A stretch of DNA of 64,000 nucleotides from the human T2T-CHM13v2.0 reference genome, Homo sapiens, in assembly GCF_009914755.1 (NCBI RefSeq), contig NC_060930.1. One strand, written 5' to 3'. The translations under genes and the position numbers were made by a program. This document shows positions 14,230-34,520 of this stretch, piece by piece (the first letter of the stretch is position 1; every line of letters begins with the position of its first letter). The notes below the pieces were generated by a model. That model did no database searches, was not told the origin of the DNA, and saw nothing but the letters and a program-made list of their open reading frames with translations.

Positions 14230-15340
14230 TTCCTCCGGCAGCCCCCACACTACCTAGACGACCCGCGCACCCCGCTTCTCAGCACAGCCCAGCCCCCCTC
14301 ACCCCACGCCCACCCGCCAACAGGGAGGAGTCGAGAGGCAACTCCACGCTCGGCAGCGGAACCAGGGCGCTGCGCCCGGCCAGCGCCTCCCACAGCCGCC
14401 CTCCCTTCAACACTCCGGCGTAGACCACGAAGACCCAGGCAGCCGCCCTCGAGCCGGGGCCAGGGCGTGGCCGGCGCGGGGGCCCAGCGACGCTGGGATC
14501 TCCGCTCTGCGTCCCTCCCGGCTCTCTGACGTCTCCCCCGCCCGAATCCCCGCACCGCCCCCCGCAAGCCCTACAACCTCTGCTTTAAGAACCCTTGGAG
14601 GCACTGCTGCGCTTCCCGCGAGGAGAATGTGGGGGTGGAGATGGTGCGGTTTCTGCTGCTGCGGCCCGGGACACGCTTGGAAAGGGGCGGGGTGGGGGAC
14701 TGAGAGTGTGGAGTGTAGAAAGGGAAAAGGTGACTCGGCTGTGTGACGGGGCGATGGGGGGGGTACAAGATGGCGTGAGCCCGACTCTCGGTGGGGCGGG
14801 GGTTGCGGAGACTGAGGAGTAAGCGATACGGACGCCCCCCGCACTGGCAGTGCGGGCGCATGCGCGCTTGGCCAGGTGGCGCGCGCTCTCCCAGCCCGAG
14901 CGAGCTACTTCCGCCACGCTCGCCGGGGGCGGGGCGTTGTGCGCGGCCTTCAGGGCCCGGCTTGGGCAGCGCTGAGCCACGCGGCGGCGTTTAGAGCTGG
15001 GGACGCTGGGAGCGGAGTGGGGACGAGCTGAGATCGGTCAGGGTGTACAGGGTGCAGGCTTGAATTCTTTAGGAATTGGGCCCGAGAGGGCTAGGATTTT
15101 TGAAGGATTGGGTGACCGGCACTGGAAGTTGATTTTCAACTCCGAGGAAGAGATTCACCGTTCTAAGCTTCTTTCCAGGAATTGGAGTGAACGGGATCTT
15201 AATGGGATTGCGCGTTTACAATGGTGAAGGGAAACGGAGGGGTCTGAACGCTCCCCGCAGGGCCGCAGTACAGGCGTGTGGATGTGGAACCCTTTCTGGG
15301 ACGGCGAAACCAGCTCTTACGCCGCTTCCGCGCGCCATCA
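14230..15340. promoter_or_regulatory. SUPT3H: CpG island / SUPT3H housekeeping promoter
   Basis: CpG-dense. YY1-like CAAGATGGCG 14766-14775, NRF1 palindrome GCGCATGCGC 14856-14865, ETS ACTTCCG 14907-14913, several GGGGCGGGG boxes. Confidence 0.9.
14578..14800 (-). other. SUPT3H: SUPT3H non-coding exon 1 (5'UTR); boundaries approximate
   Basis: Lies in the CpG island upstream (minus sense) of the ATG exon. Candidate donor AAGCAGAG|GTTGTA (exon end 14578); alternative GT at 14574-14573. The TSS cannot be fixed from sequence. Confidence 0.6.
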
Positions 15341-16394
15341 CTCCCTACCCTGACCTCGCACAGAATCTGTTTCATTAATCTGCTATTAATGTTTTTTCCC
15401 CAACTCATGTTACTAGACGCAGGCGTTTAACTACCATGTTTTGTTATTGAAAACTTTTTCTACTTGAAGGCTTTTTTTTTTTTTTGGACGATTCTGTGTT
15501 TAGATTTTGGCCTGTTCCTCATTTTAAAATCTTGCACCCCCAGTATTGTACTGTACATTCTGTCCTGCCACATTTAATTGATATAGATGTAGTTCTTTAA
15601 ATAATACAGTAGTCGTAAGACAATGCTTTCAGTCTTTCACTCTTTATATTATATGAAGTCTTATTTATATTTAACATTCTTATTGCCTGCTTAGAGAAGA
15701 AAACTGGTTATCCATGCTCACCTTCACACCTGTGTTGTCAAATACTATAAAATACTGTATTTTATAGGGATTCAAGTATTAACCCTCACCAAGTCTTTTT
15801 AAGCATCACTGCTTCAGTTATTTTCTTGCCTATAGATACTGTGAGTTCTGAAATCCCTTCCTTCTATTTGCTTAAATTGTTTAAAATAGCAACTTATTTG
15901 GTTATTTTCTCTGTGGATTGTAGTTGAGTCTGCTAGTGTTGTGTTTGATTCTCTTTAATCTCCCCAACGCTTCAATATTTGCCAAATACCTAAAATTCCA
16001 AAAGAATAGATATATTTAGGATGTGAGAGCTCAGCTTGATGTGTAAATCAGGGATCAATTCATTGCTGAGCAAAGTGTGCAGTATAAGGGAAAGTAACAG
16101 AGTGAGTATGGTGATAACTTCTTACATGGGAAGACTGGTTGAAAGCTCTTTTGAGTACATTACCAAGAAATTAGTTAACAGAAGATTAAGAGAAAAATTA
16201 ATGTTCACATCTAAAGAAACATAAAAGTAGATCATTTCAATTAAAATTATGTTCAGTTAATGTTATCATAGAAGTTCCTGCACTGGAGTTTCACCTGCAT
16301 CAGATGAGTACCTGTTTGATCCAGTTTATCAGGATAGAATCCAGATCATCTTATTCTAGGATACTGGTGTCCAGCCTGCATAAAATCACACACA

Positions 16395-16707
<313 letters not shown>

Positions 16708-17368
16708 TTAATGAGAGTGACACATGGAGAAGGGAAACTGAGTTAAGGCATTGATACAGGAAGTTTAAAAATTTATTCTTAGGAAACTGAATTGGGCTGT
16801 TGGCAGAGATCTGATTTTTAAAGTCACATGAGTTAACCAGGTTCCTACCTCCTGAAATTTCTTAAAATCCATTTTTGAAAATCTGATTTAGCCATAATTT
16901 TGCTCATAGTTTGAGACCATTGCTATATACAAAGGGCCAAAAATATTTTTGCATTACATTCATATCAAATATCCTAAACTATCAATGGTACTAGGGTATC
17001 TTAATTATAACAAAGCTAAAACAGCGAAGCTGTTGCTGAAGTTAAGGCTTTGATGACTACCACCTCTCAGAAAAACAAGTGATTTTCCAAGGCATGTGGG
17101 GAAAACACATCAGGAGACCAAGTTAATTTATCACTCCACAAAAATGTCTCCATGACCTGGACAAAATTGTTAAAGAAAAATGAAGCATTGTTAGCGTAGA
17201 CTTTAACGTTCCTCTGGCATGTAATATTCACGTAGACTCACTAGTGCAAAGAGAAAGTGCATGTATCTAAGTAAAAGTGCCCATGGGCATCTTAAAATGA
17301 TTAGGTAGTAAGCCCACATTCTCAAAAGAGCAGCAGAAGTCATGGCTAATATGGAACCATCTCTCTGA

Positions 17369-17704
<336 letters not shown>

Positions 17705-18234
17705 TAGATGCTACAGTGACAGTTCAGGTGACTTGGAAATTCTTTGTTGTTTGAGATTCATAACTCTTACTTGCTAGGATGTTTGTGGGGACTTTTTATT
17801 TTCTATTTATCAATTATTTCATCCTTTGCTATATTTGCCTTCTATTTTTAATGCTTAAGTTGTCACCATGGAAATAAACTGGGTAGATTGCATATTGTTT
17901 AGAACCGTATATTGCAATTGTTGCTATATTTGTTTTCTGACGTTGAGAACTGTTTTCCAATTGCATTCTCAAAAGTATCTTGTTTTATGTTTAGAGCAAG
18001 TTGTTCTGACCAAAAAGATTACTCAGCCCGGTAGTACCTGAGCAAGTCACTTAACATCATTGCACCCCAGTTTTTGTATCTGTGGAATGAGATGATAGAA
18101 CCAAATGAACTAAAACCTTACAGCCCTAAAATTCTATGTTCCTTCAAAATGGGAATAGCCAAAGGATGGATACTAAAGTTGTGCAGAATAATTTCAGCAT
18201 TTGTGCTACAAAAATTACAAAAGTATTCAGGGCT

Positions 18235-18629
<395 letters not shown>

Positions 18630-18989
18630 TAAGGTGTAATCAAATTGGCTTCCCCTACCTTCCAATTGCATTCATAAGGAAAAGCAGTACAATGATTAGA
18701 AAAGAAATGTTAAAAAATTTTACAGTACCAGGTAGCTTGTAGAATTGTAATCATGATCATCCTCTTAGGGACCTATCATTGTAGATTTCACAGTCCAGTG
18801 TCTTTTAAAAGTAGTGCTTGGCTGCTGAAAAAATGATTATGTTTTTGAGAGTCAGAATGGTAAGGGAACCATGGAATACCAGAGTTTCAAAGAGCCTTTG
18901 AGCTCTTCAGGCACATGAAAACTTAGTTGTTCCCGTTCCCATGGAATCCGATATGTAAAACTCTTGTACTGGAATCAAACAACTTCTAC

Positions 18990-19890
18990 ATTTCAACGGA
19001 TTGTTGTAGGCCTACCATGTACCTGACACTATTCTCGAAGCTGCAGATAGAGCAGTGAACAAAACAGACAAAAACATATGCCATCATCAAACTCACATGC
19101 AGAAGTTAGACAATAAAAATAAATGCCTAAAATAAATACCTAAATTATATAGTATGTTAGAAGGTCATGAGTGTTATCAGAAAAGTTTATACAGGAAGGG
19201 ATGTGGAAGGAGACCAAGCACAGGAGAAATGGGGAAGATGTCATTTTTAAATTGGGCAGTTGAAGCAGGCCTCACTGAGAAAGTAGTATTTGAAGAATGA
19301 CTTGAAAGTGAAGGAGATACCTGCACATATCTGAAGAAAGAGCATTCCAGACTATGAGAACAACTTGTGCAAACCGTAGGGTGGGGACAGGTCTGGTAAG
19401 TTGAAGCAACTGCCAGGAGGCCACTGTAGCTAAAGAAGAGTAACCCAGAAAGAAAATCATGTGATATGAGGTCAGAGAAGCACTAGGCCAGATGGTGAAA
19501 GGCCTTGTGTGCCTGACACTGAGAGGCTATTGGCAGAAGATTGACATCGTAAGATTTAGGCTTTAAATTGGTTACCTTGGCTGCCAGGTTGAAAATAGTC
19601 TGTAGAGTGACAGGTCCTATTGCAGTAACCCAGGCAAAAGATGATGGTAGCTTGTACTAGGGTTGTTACAGTAGAGGGCTTAAGACATGGTTGGGTTCTG
19701 GGTATATTTTGAAAACCAATATGATTTGTTGACACATTGGATTTAGGGTTCTAGAGAAAGAGAGGAATGAAGGATGAACAATTTTGTTCAGAGCAACTGG
19801 AAAAATTGATTTGCCTACATTAGCTGAGATGGGGAAGATTGGGGTTGGAGTATGCTGGGCAGGTGCAAGAGATCAGGAATGCAGTTTGGG
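18990..19890. mobile_element. L2
   Basis: cctaccatgtacctgacactattct..cagtgaacaaaacagacaaaaac L2 3' end. Confidence 0.75.
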
Positions 19891-19962
19891 GAATAAGTAC
19901 ATAATTAAGCATGATGTTTGTATTATCTTTAATGTTTTGCCATCAAAAATAAATAAGTTCTG

Positions 19963-21811
<1,849 letters not shown>

Positions 21812-22395
21812 TATTTTTTCTTAATTCAGTAAACTTATGTAAATTTGACAATTATTCTTTTAACAGACATTTACTGAGGACGTAGTAAGTACACTATTTG
21901 TCATTGTTAGACATTGGGAATATAAGATGAATAACAGAGTCTCTGCTCTCAAAAAGACTTCTTACTGGTGAATTTAGGAGAGACAAAGGTATATAAACAA
22001 GGAAGAGCAAAGGTACTATGATAATATGTAACCTGGGTGTCAGCTGAGATCTCCCTGGGTTTTAACCTCTCGGTTAGGATTGGTTTGAACCTCCATTCCA
22101 CCTCATTTGCAAGTCCAATGCCCAACCCAAGTTTTTTTCTTATTTCTGGGGAGCTGATGTTCTCACTGAACTGCTTTGGCTCTGAACTTCCCCTTACGGT
22201 AAACTAGTGAGGTTCATGGATGAGCTGCCATCTGTCCTTATTCCACAAACATCCACTCAGATGTGGAACTTATCCCTGTTCCTAGGTTTCACCCAAAAGC
22301 ATTTTCACAAAGCTCTGTGTGGGCACAGCAGATTTACTAAGGTTGTGAAATGATGAAAGGGAGTTAACATCACAACATCACAGAAACACAACTTA

Positions 22396-23287
<892 letters not shown>

Positions 23288-23469
23288 TAGTCATTTGAGG
23301 CCACTAAGTGTTGACTGGAGCAGAGAAAGATGTCAAGGAAGATAACTTCTCTGAACCTCAGTTGTCTTCAAGGTCTTGTGATGAGGATTACATGGAAATG
23401 TATGCAAAGTGCCTTGCACATGATAAGCTCTTAATAAATGTTGGGTTTTTTTGTCATTATTGTCGTTAC

Positions 23470-24930
23470 TGTTGAGAAGATGACGCATCACTCAGCCTTG
23501 AAGAGTAAATGATGGTTTAACAAAATGAGGAAGGATAATTTAGGCAGAGGGAGCCGTATTAGCAAAGTCAGTGTGTTGGAGGAAACTGCCAGTTGTCCAG
23601 CATGATGAGATCATAGGGTATGAGAAAGAAAGCTAGAAATTTGACAGGAGCCAGATCAAATAAAGTCTTGGGCATTAAGTTTGGGCTTTATCTAATAAAA
23701 GATGGTGAGCCTTGGAATAATTTTTTTTAATGCAATGACATAGTTTGCTTTTTAGTTGACAGTAATGTGTAAGACAGGTTGGAAGGGTGAAAAACTGGAA
23801 GGAGCTAACAGTTCAGGAAGAGGTGATACGGGCTAGAGTTAAGTCAATGGAGTAGGAAACAATAGAAGATGGCAGGAGAAATGCTAAAGAAGTAGAATTT
23901 TATATAACTTGGGTACTCGTAAGACATGAGGATAGAAGTAAGGCAAAGAAGGAACTCAAGTATCATTCCAAGGTTTCTTGACTTACTGAGTGGATGGTAG
24001 TACCATTTATCAAGACAAGGCATACTAAAATGGCAGTTTTGGACATATGTTTGAGGTGACTGTACAAAATCTCAGTGGCTATGACAAGTAGCAAACTGGA
24101 ATATTCAGGCAAAATAGTCAAGATAGAAGCTAGAATAAATTATGTAGTTCAAGAGAGTGGCTGCACATTTAGGTTTAGGAACCAGAAGCACACAGCACTC
24201 ATCATTCCACACACATAACTCACATGCGACACACAGCCCTGTTCCTAGATTCGGCCTAGAAACATTCTCGCAAGAATCTGTGTGGGCACAGCGGAAGCCA
24301 AAGGAGACAATGAAATGCCCGAGACAGTGCATAAAACAATGAGAAGTGAGTCAAACATCAAATCCTAAATATCCACATTCAATGCTTCTAGTTCCCAGAT
24401 CTAAATGTCCACATACTCTCCTGATCTCCAGACTGTATTCTAGCTTCTATCCGCACCATTCTGCCTGAATATTCCAGTTGTGCTACTGGTTATAGCCACT
24501 GGGATTTTATACAGTTACCTTAAACACAGTCAATGGGAGGAGGAGAGGAAGAGTCAACAAGGAACGTTGAGAGGGTGCTTAGTGGTGTCACAGAAACCAG
24601 GAGAGCAGAGTTTCAGAGAGGCATATTAATGATGCTAAAACGAGAATCAGGATTAATTGGACTTAGCCAGTTGAAGGTAACCGTTGGCAAAACAGCTTCA
24701 ATAGAGTGGTAGGAATAGAAGCTTGGTTATAGTGACTTGGAAAGTCCTATAAGTTCCTTATTCTTCCCAAGAAATTGGCCTGTGAAAGAGAAAGAGTAGC
24801 TGGAGAAATATTCAGGGCCATGATATAGATGTTCAAGATCAAAAGACTTGAGGTTATTTACAGGCTTTCGAGAAGAAGCTGGTAAGGAGGGAAGGTTTGA
24901 ACACTTGGGATAGACGAAGGCTAATGACGA
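23470..24930. mobile_element. Long degraded L2 (contains an inverted self-duplication)
   Basis: tggatggtagtaccattta, gtggtgtcacagaaaccagg, gcttcaatagagtggtagg L2 motifs. Confidence 0.65.
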
Positions 24931-25216
24931 AATCACTGGATGCAAAGATAGAATTAGACCCTAGGAAAGAGCCCAGAAAGTGAGATGAGTCTTAAATTAG
25001 AAAAGAGGCAGATTGGAAAAAAGAAATGAGAACTTGAAGCAGACCATACCTAATGATCCCAGTTTTTTCAGTAATGTATGAAAGCAACTATTTTGCTGAA
25101 AAAGTGAGGATGACAGGGTAAATCCTGTATGAGGTGATAAAGTTTTGTTGCCACACTATGAGGAATAGGACAGAGATAACCAGAGGCTTGTTAAATTGCA
25201 GCTAGCCCAGAGCATA

Positions 25217-25390
25217 CAGCAGTGGCTTTAAAAGTGTACTTGCAGCATCTGCTTCTCGTTAGAAATGAATATTTGGGCCCCGCCCCAAACCTGCAGAATC
25301 AGATACTCTGGGGGGCGGAGTTCAGCAATCTAACTTAACAAGTTGTCCAGGTGATTTTGAAGTAAGTTAATGTTTGAGAACAACTTGCAC
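25217..25390. mobile_element. MER5A
   Basis: gttagaaatg..gggccccgccccaaacct..gaatcaga..ttaacaag..ccaggtgatt..gtttgagaa. Confidence 0.85.
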
Positions 25391-26537
25391 TAGAGCATCT
25401 ACAGAATTTGTGACTCCTCCAACTAGCAAGCAATGATGAAGCACAAACTATGTTACTCAACCACATTCTAGTCATTTTTGGTCATATTTTTCATATTACA
25501 AATACATTTATTTGGAACAATATTGTTAAGGACTTTTAAAAATCTACTGGTTTCTCTCTAGAAATGGGTGTCATACAGGATTTAAAAATCTAAACCAAGA
25601 GATTTCTTTCTTCCAAGTTTTACAAAGCAAATACTATAAAAAAAATCTTGCTTCTCTACTCTCATTTTACATTTATAATAGAGAAATAATAAAATTGTTG
25701 TTCATAGCATCAGAAATATTCAGCGACTCCCCCTATATAGCAATTCTCAAATTATGCTCCAGCACTGGTATCATCTCATTCTAACCAAATAATGGCAGTC
25801 ATTTCCCAATTCATGGGGAAGGAATTTATGAACTGAATTTCTCAATTTTAAATTATCCTCCAACAAATGTTTCTTAAACCTTCGGCTTCTACTACTACTT
25901 GTCTTGCAGCAAGTGCTAATTGATGACCAAGTAAGTGAACAAATAGTAAATAAATATTAATGAAACTTGAAGTTAGCCAGTCATACTTAGTTCAATAGTT
26001 TCTCTTCAATAGAACACATGTTTATGACTGTGATTTTTATATTGCATACCAATAATAAAGTCATTTTCTACTATTATTGTCCCAATAATCTTGCCATTGC
26101 TCAAATATTTGGAACCTAACTTGGAACTACTTTCACGATCTGGGAGATATCCTTTTGGAAATCCTGAACAATGAAACAGCCAACAGATCACTGGTCTAGA
26201 AAGATCATAAAGACTCATTTTTCAGCTAAATATGTGTGTAGGTGATCAAGGTGATTTAACCAAGTATGTCTTGCTTAAAGAAATATGGCATAATATGTAG
26301 AAATCCATATTTGTAAATCATAGATGGACATATAGATGACAGTGAGACATTCTCCAATTACTTACAATTAAGACTAAGCTCTGAAAGTTTATTTGTACAA
26401 TAAGTAAATAATGGATCATTGTAGAGATACAGATCCAAGACAGCAAGCCTTAATTATAACCTGATTAAAATATGATATAAATAAGAAGAGAGGTTAGTCA
26501 GGAAGCACAGAAAGAGCAGAATTAGAACATATTGGCA

Positions 26538-26828
<291 letters not shown>

Positions 26829-27937
26829 TTATTTCACATTCCAATTCTGTGGAGGTAAATGAGGAAAAGAAATAGGTCAGGCTATGATGGTCTTAGTATT
26901 ATTTAAAAATTCAAATTATGTAGATAACTCTCATTATCCTGATTCTGTTGTGACCAAGCAACCTTCAGATTCTTTGGCTTCCATGAATAGTATTTGGCTT
27001 CTCAGTAATGTGATAATAATGTCAATGATAATGTCAATAACTCAGCATTTTTTTTTTATGCTGGGTCTCTTATAAGTTGAGTCAGCTCTGGAACAGCAAT
27101 ATGTTGTCTGGTGAGGGTCAAGGGGGTCAAACCCCAAACCCGAACTCCACTCTAAGAGGTTCAGGCCGTCTTCCTTGGCAGTACCCCAACCTGGAAACCT
27201 GTTTTTCTTCTGAACAACTACAGGAAACAGATAAATTATCATGTGCTTTTTCACCTCATAAAAGGATCGTTTGCTTTATGAAAATGTTTTAAAACATTGG
27301 GAACTTAAAGAAGATGAGAAACTGAGAAGTGACTTTTGAGTTTTCAGAAGTGCTTTAATGTTGACATAACTAGTCTTGATGGTGTGGTGAGGTTATAAAT
27401 GTGAACATATTGAACAGATCACTCATTTGAGAAGGTTAGCAGTTAAAAGAAGGAAGGGAACAAAATGGAAGGAGAAAGTGTAATTGGGTAATTGAAAAGA
27501 ATTTTGGTTGTCATTTTCCCCCATGAGAAAGAAACTAGGTCAGAAAAAAAAGAGAAAGGCCAATGGAAATGGAAATAGAGATATGAACATCACAGGAGAG
27601 AAGCTGGATAACTGAGAATACAGGCTCCCTAAAAAGATTGGGTTTGTGGGGCAAGGGAGTACATTTCCTTCAGGGAAAACTCCTTCAAAATTACTCTGAA
27701 ACATAGTACTTCTTTTAAATACATAACTTTATTATTATAGATTGGCTTTAGACTCTCTTCCCTCTGATCAAATCTCTCTCAAATTTTATTTATTTACAAA
27801 ATATGAATGAAGCGTCTCTCACAATTAAAAGAGGAAGAAAGATGTGATCCCTGTCCTAGAGAAGCTTATAGTCTAACCGGAAAAAATGGACTTCTAAACA
27901 AATCATTGCATGTCTTGTATAGGTACAAGATTCTATG

Positions 27938-28342
27938 TGATATGGTTTGGATGTTTATCCACACGAAATTTCATTTTGAAATGTGATTCCCAAAGTTGGA
28001 GCTGGGGCCTGGTTGAAGGTGACTAGATCATGGGGGCAGATCCCTCATGAATGGCTTGGCACCATCCCCTTGGTAAAAGTGAGCTCTTGCTGTTAGTTTA
28101 TATGAGATTCTGTTGTTTAAAAGAGTCTGAGACCTTCCCCTTGCTCTCTTGTTCCCACTCTCGCCCTGTGATGAGCCTGCACCTGCTTCACCCTTCATCA
28201 TGATTATAAGCTTTCTGGGCAGATATTGGTACTATGATTACTTGTACAGCCTGAAGAACCATGAACCAATTAAACCTTTTTTCTTTATAAATTACCCAGC
28301 CTCAGGTATTTCTTTACAGCAATGCTAAAATGGCCTAACACA
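27938..28342 (+). mobile_element. MaLR solo LTR (MST-like)
   Basis: TGATATGGTTTGGATG...ATAAATTACCCAGCCTCAGGTATTTC...CTAACACA; TSD ctatg. Confidence 0.85.
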
Positions 28343-28343
28343 A

Positions 28344-28695
28344 TGTATTAGTCTGTTTCCACACTGCTGTAAAGAACTGCCTGAGACTGGGTAATTTATA
28401 AAGGAAAGAGGTTTAATTGACTCACAGTTCAGCATGGCTGGGGAGGTTTCAGGAAACTTACAGCCATGGTGGAAAGCGAAGGTGAAGCAAGGCGCCTTCT
28501 TCACAAGGCAGCAGGAAAGAGAAGTGCCAAGCAAAGGGGAAAGAGCCCTTATAAAACTCACTATCACGAGAACAGCATGGGGAAACCGCCCCATGATTCA
28601 ATTACCTCTACCTGGTCTCTCACTTGACACTTGGGGATTATGGGGATAAAAATCAAGATGAGATTTGGGTGGGGACACAAAGCCTAAATGTATCA
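28344..28695 (-). mobile_element. MaLR solo LTR (THE1D/MSTA-like)
   Basis: tgtattagtctgtttccacactgct..gagactgggtaatttataaagg...tatca. Confidence 0.85.
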
Positions 28696-29028
28696 CACAC
28701 TATGGAAGCATAGAGGAGATTAGTTTTGCTTTTTAAATATTCAAATAATACTTCAAAACTATTTAATCCATTTCATTGGTGGCTCATCTTTTCACCAGTT
28801 TCCAGTCCTCATCTGCAGGCTCTCATATATGTAGTCAGGCCTTTATACTTGTTTCCAATCAGTTAAACAAACATACATTTTCCTTGCTTGTACAGTATAA
28901 TAGAACTAGAGGCTCTGGGGAACTCAGAATTACGTAATACATAATACCTGCCTTCAAGAAATCTGCACGCCAATTGAGGTGTGCAAGCTAATAGAACATT
29001 TTATTTTTTACTATTTATATTTAAATAT

Positions 29029-29335
29029 AGGCTGGGCATATTGGCTCATGCCTGTAATCCCAGCACTTTGAGAGGCCAAGGCAGGAGGATTGCTTGAGGC
29101 TGGGAGTTTGAGACCAGCCTGGGCAACATTTTGTGAGACTCTGTCTCTACAAAAAAATATATAAAAACTAGCCAGGTGTGGTGGCATCCACCTATATTCC
29201 TAGCTACTTGGGAAGCTGAGGCAGGAGGAATGCATGAGTCCAGGTTACAGTGAGCTGTGATCACACCACTATACTCCAGCCTGGACAACAGAGTGAGATT
29301 CTGTCCCTAATAAAATAAAATAAATAAAAATAAAT
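29029..29335 (+). mobile_element. AluJ
   Basis: Alu with (TAAAA)n tail. Confidence 0.85.
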
Positions 29336-29514
29336 ACCCTTTTACTTCTTAAAGGGAAAACTAATTAGGCTGTATAATCCGCATAATAATTCTGTGACAT
29401 TTCCCAGACAGCAAAGACTTTGGGTGGGGAGGGTCAGAAGAAAAAGAAGGGAGACCAATACATTGTAATGTTAATTTCTAGGTGTGGAAATTACCTAGAA
29501 AATGCCTAGATCTA

Positions 29515-32097
<2,583 letters not shown>

Positions 32098-32478
32098 CTT
32101 CAGTCTCATACATAGAAATAATTGATGACTATTAGAATCTGAACATCTATCAGCTGAAGTCACGCTGGTACTCAGTGATAGAATGACATACTGTTTTATG
32201 CTCAAATCTGGTTCTTAAACCTCCTAGGTGTTAGGTTATTTTAGTTGAATTACTGAACCCATATGAGCTCATATATCCTCTTCTATAAAATGAGAGTAAT
32301 ACAAATTCTTCCTAAAACATAAGAAGAGAGTAAAATAAGAACATATAACAAAAAATTTAGGGGAAAATGTGTGACAAAAATTTAGCAAAAGAGGAGGCAA
32401 TTTCTATGGTTCTTTACCTTACATTATAAACTATAAAAGTAAGCATTTCAAATGAGTCATACACTATTTAACCCAAGA

Positions 32479-32770
32479 CTTTTTTGAGACAGGGTCTTGT
32501 TCTGTTGCCCAGGCTGGAGTGAAGTGGCACCATCTTGATCTTGGCTCACTGCAACCTCCACTTCCTGGATTCAAGCAATCATGCCTCAGCCTCCCAAATA
32601 GCTGGGATTACAGGCATGTGACACGACACCCAGCTAATTTTTTTGTATTTTTAGTAGAGACGGATTTCACCATGTTGGCCAGGCTGGTCTCAAACTCCTG
32701 GCCTCAAGTGATCCACTGGCCTCGGCCTCCCAAAGTGCTGGGATTATAGGCATGAGTTACTGCACCAGCC
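32479..32770 (-). mobile_element. AluS
   Basis: Full Alu; ttaacccaa on both flanks. Confidence 0.88.
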
Positions 32771-33049
32771 TTAACCCAAAACATTTTCAACCCACTATAT
32801 TAATTAGTAAAAGATTATGAAAAGATTTCTTAATTGGGTAATTGCTTTAGAATAAAGACAGTTTCAATCTGAAGTGACATCACCTAGTGACAAGCAATTA
32901 TAAAGCTTTAGTATAAAAAACTCTCCTAATAGATACCATAATATGCATCTGTCAAAATAAGCATTTTATAAAATGGAAATAGATTCCATACTAATTCTCA
33001 GATATTACATAAAAGCCTGAGAATTTTAGTCATATAATAATATTTTATA

Positions 33050-34520
<1,471 letters not shown>

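Noticed and set aside
14226-14994. Overlapping ORFs in the SUPT3H CpG island, including ATG 14861 as an N-terminal extension
   Set aside because: GC-rich artefacts. ATG 14861 is out of frame with the coding exon for both candidate donors and probably lies upstream of the TSS.
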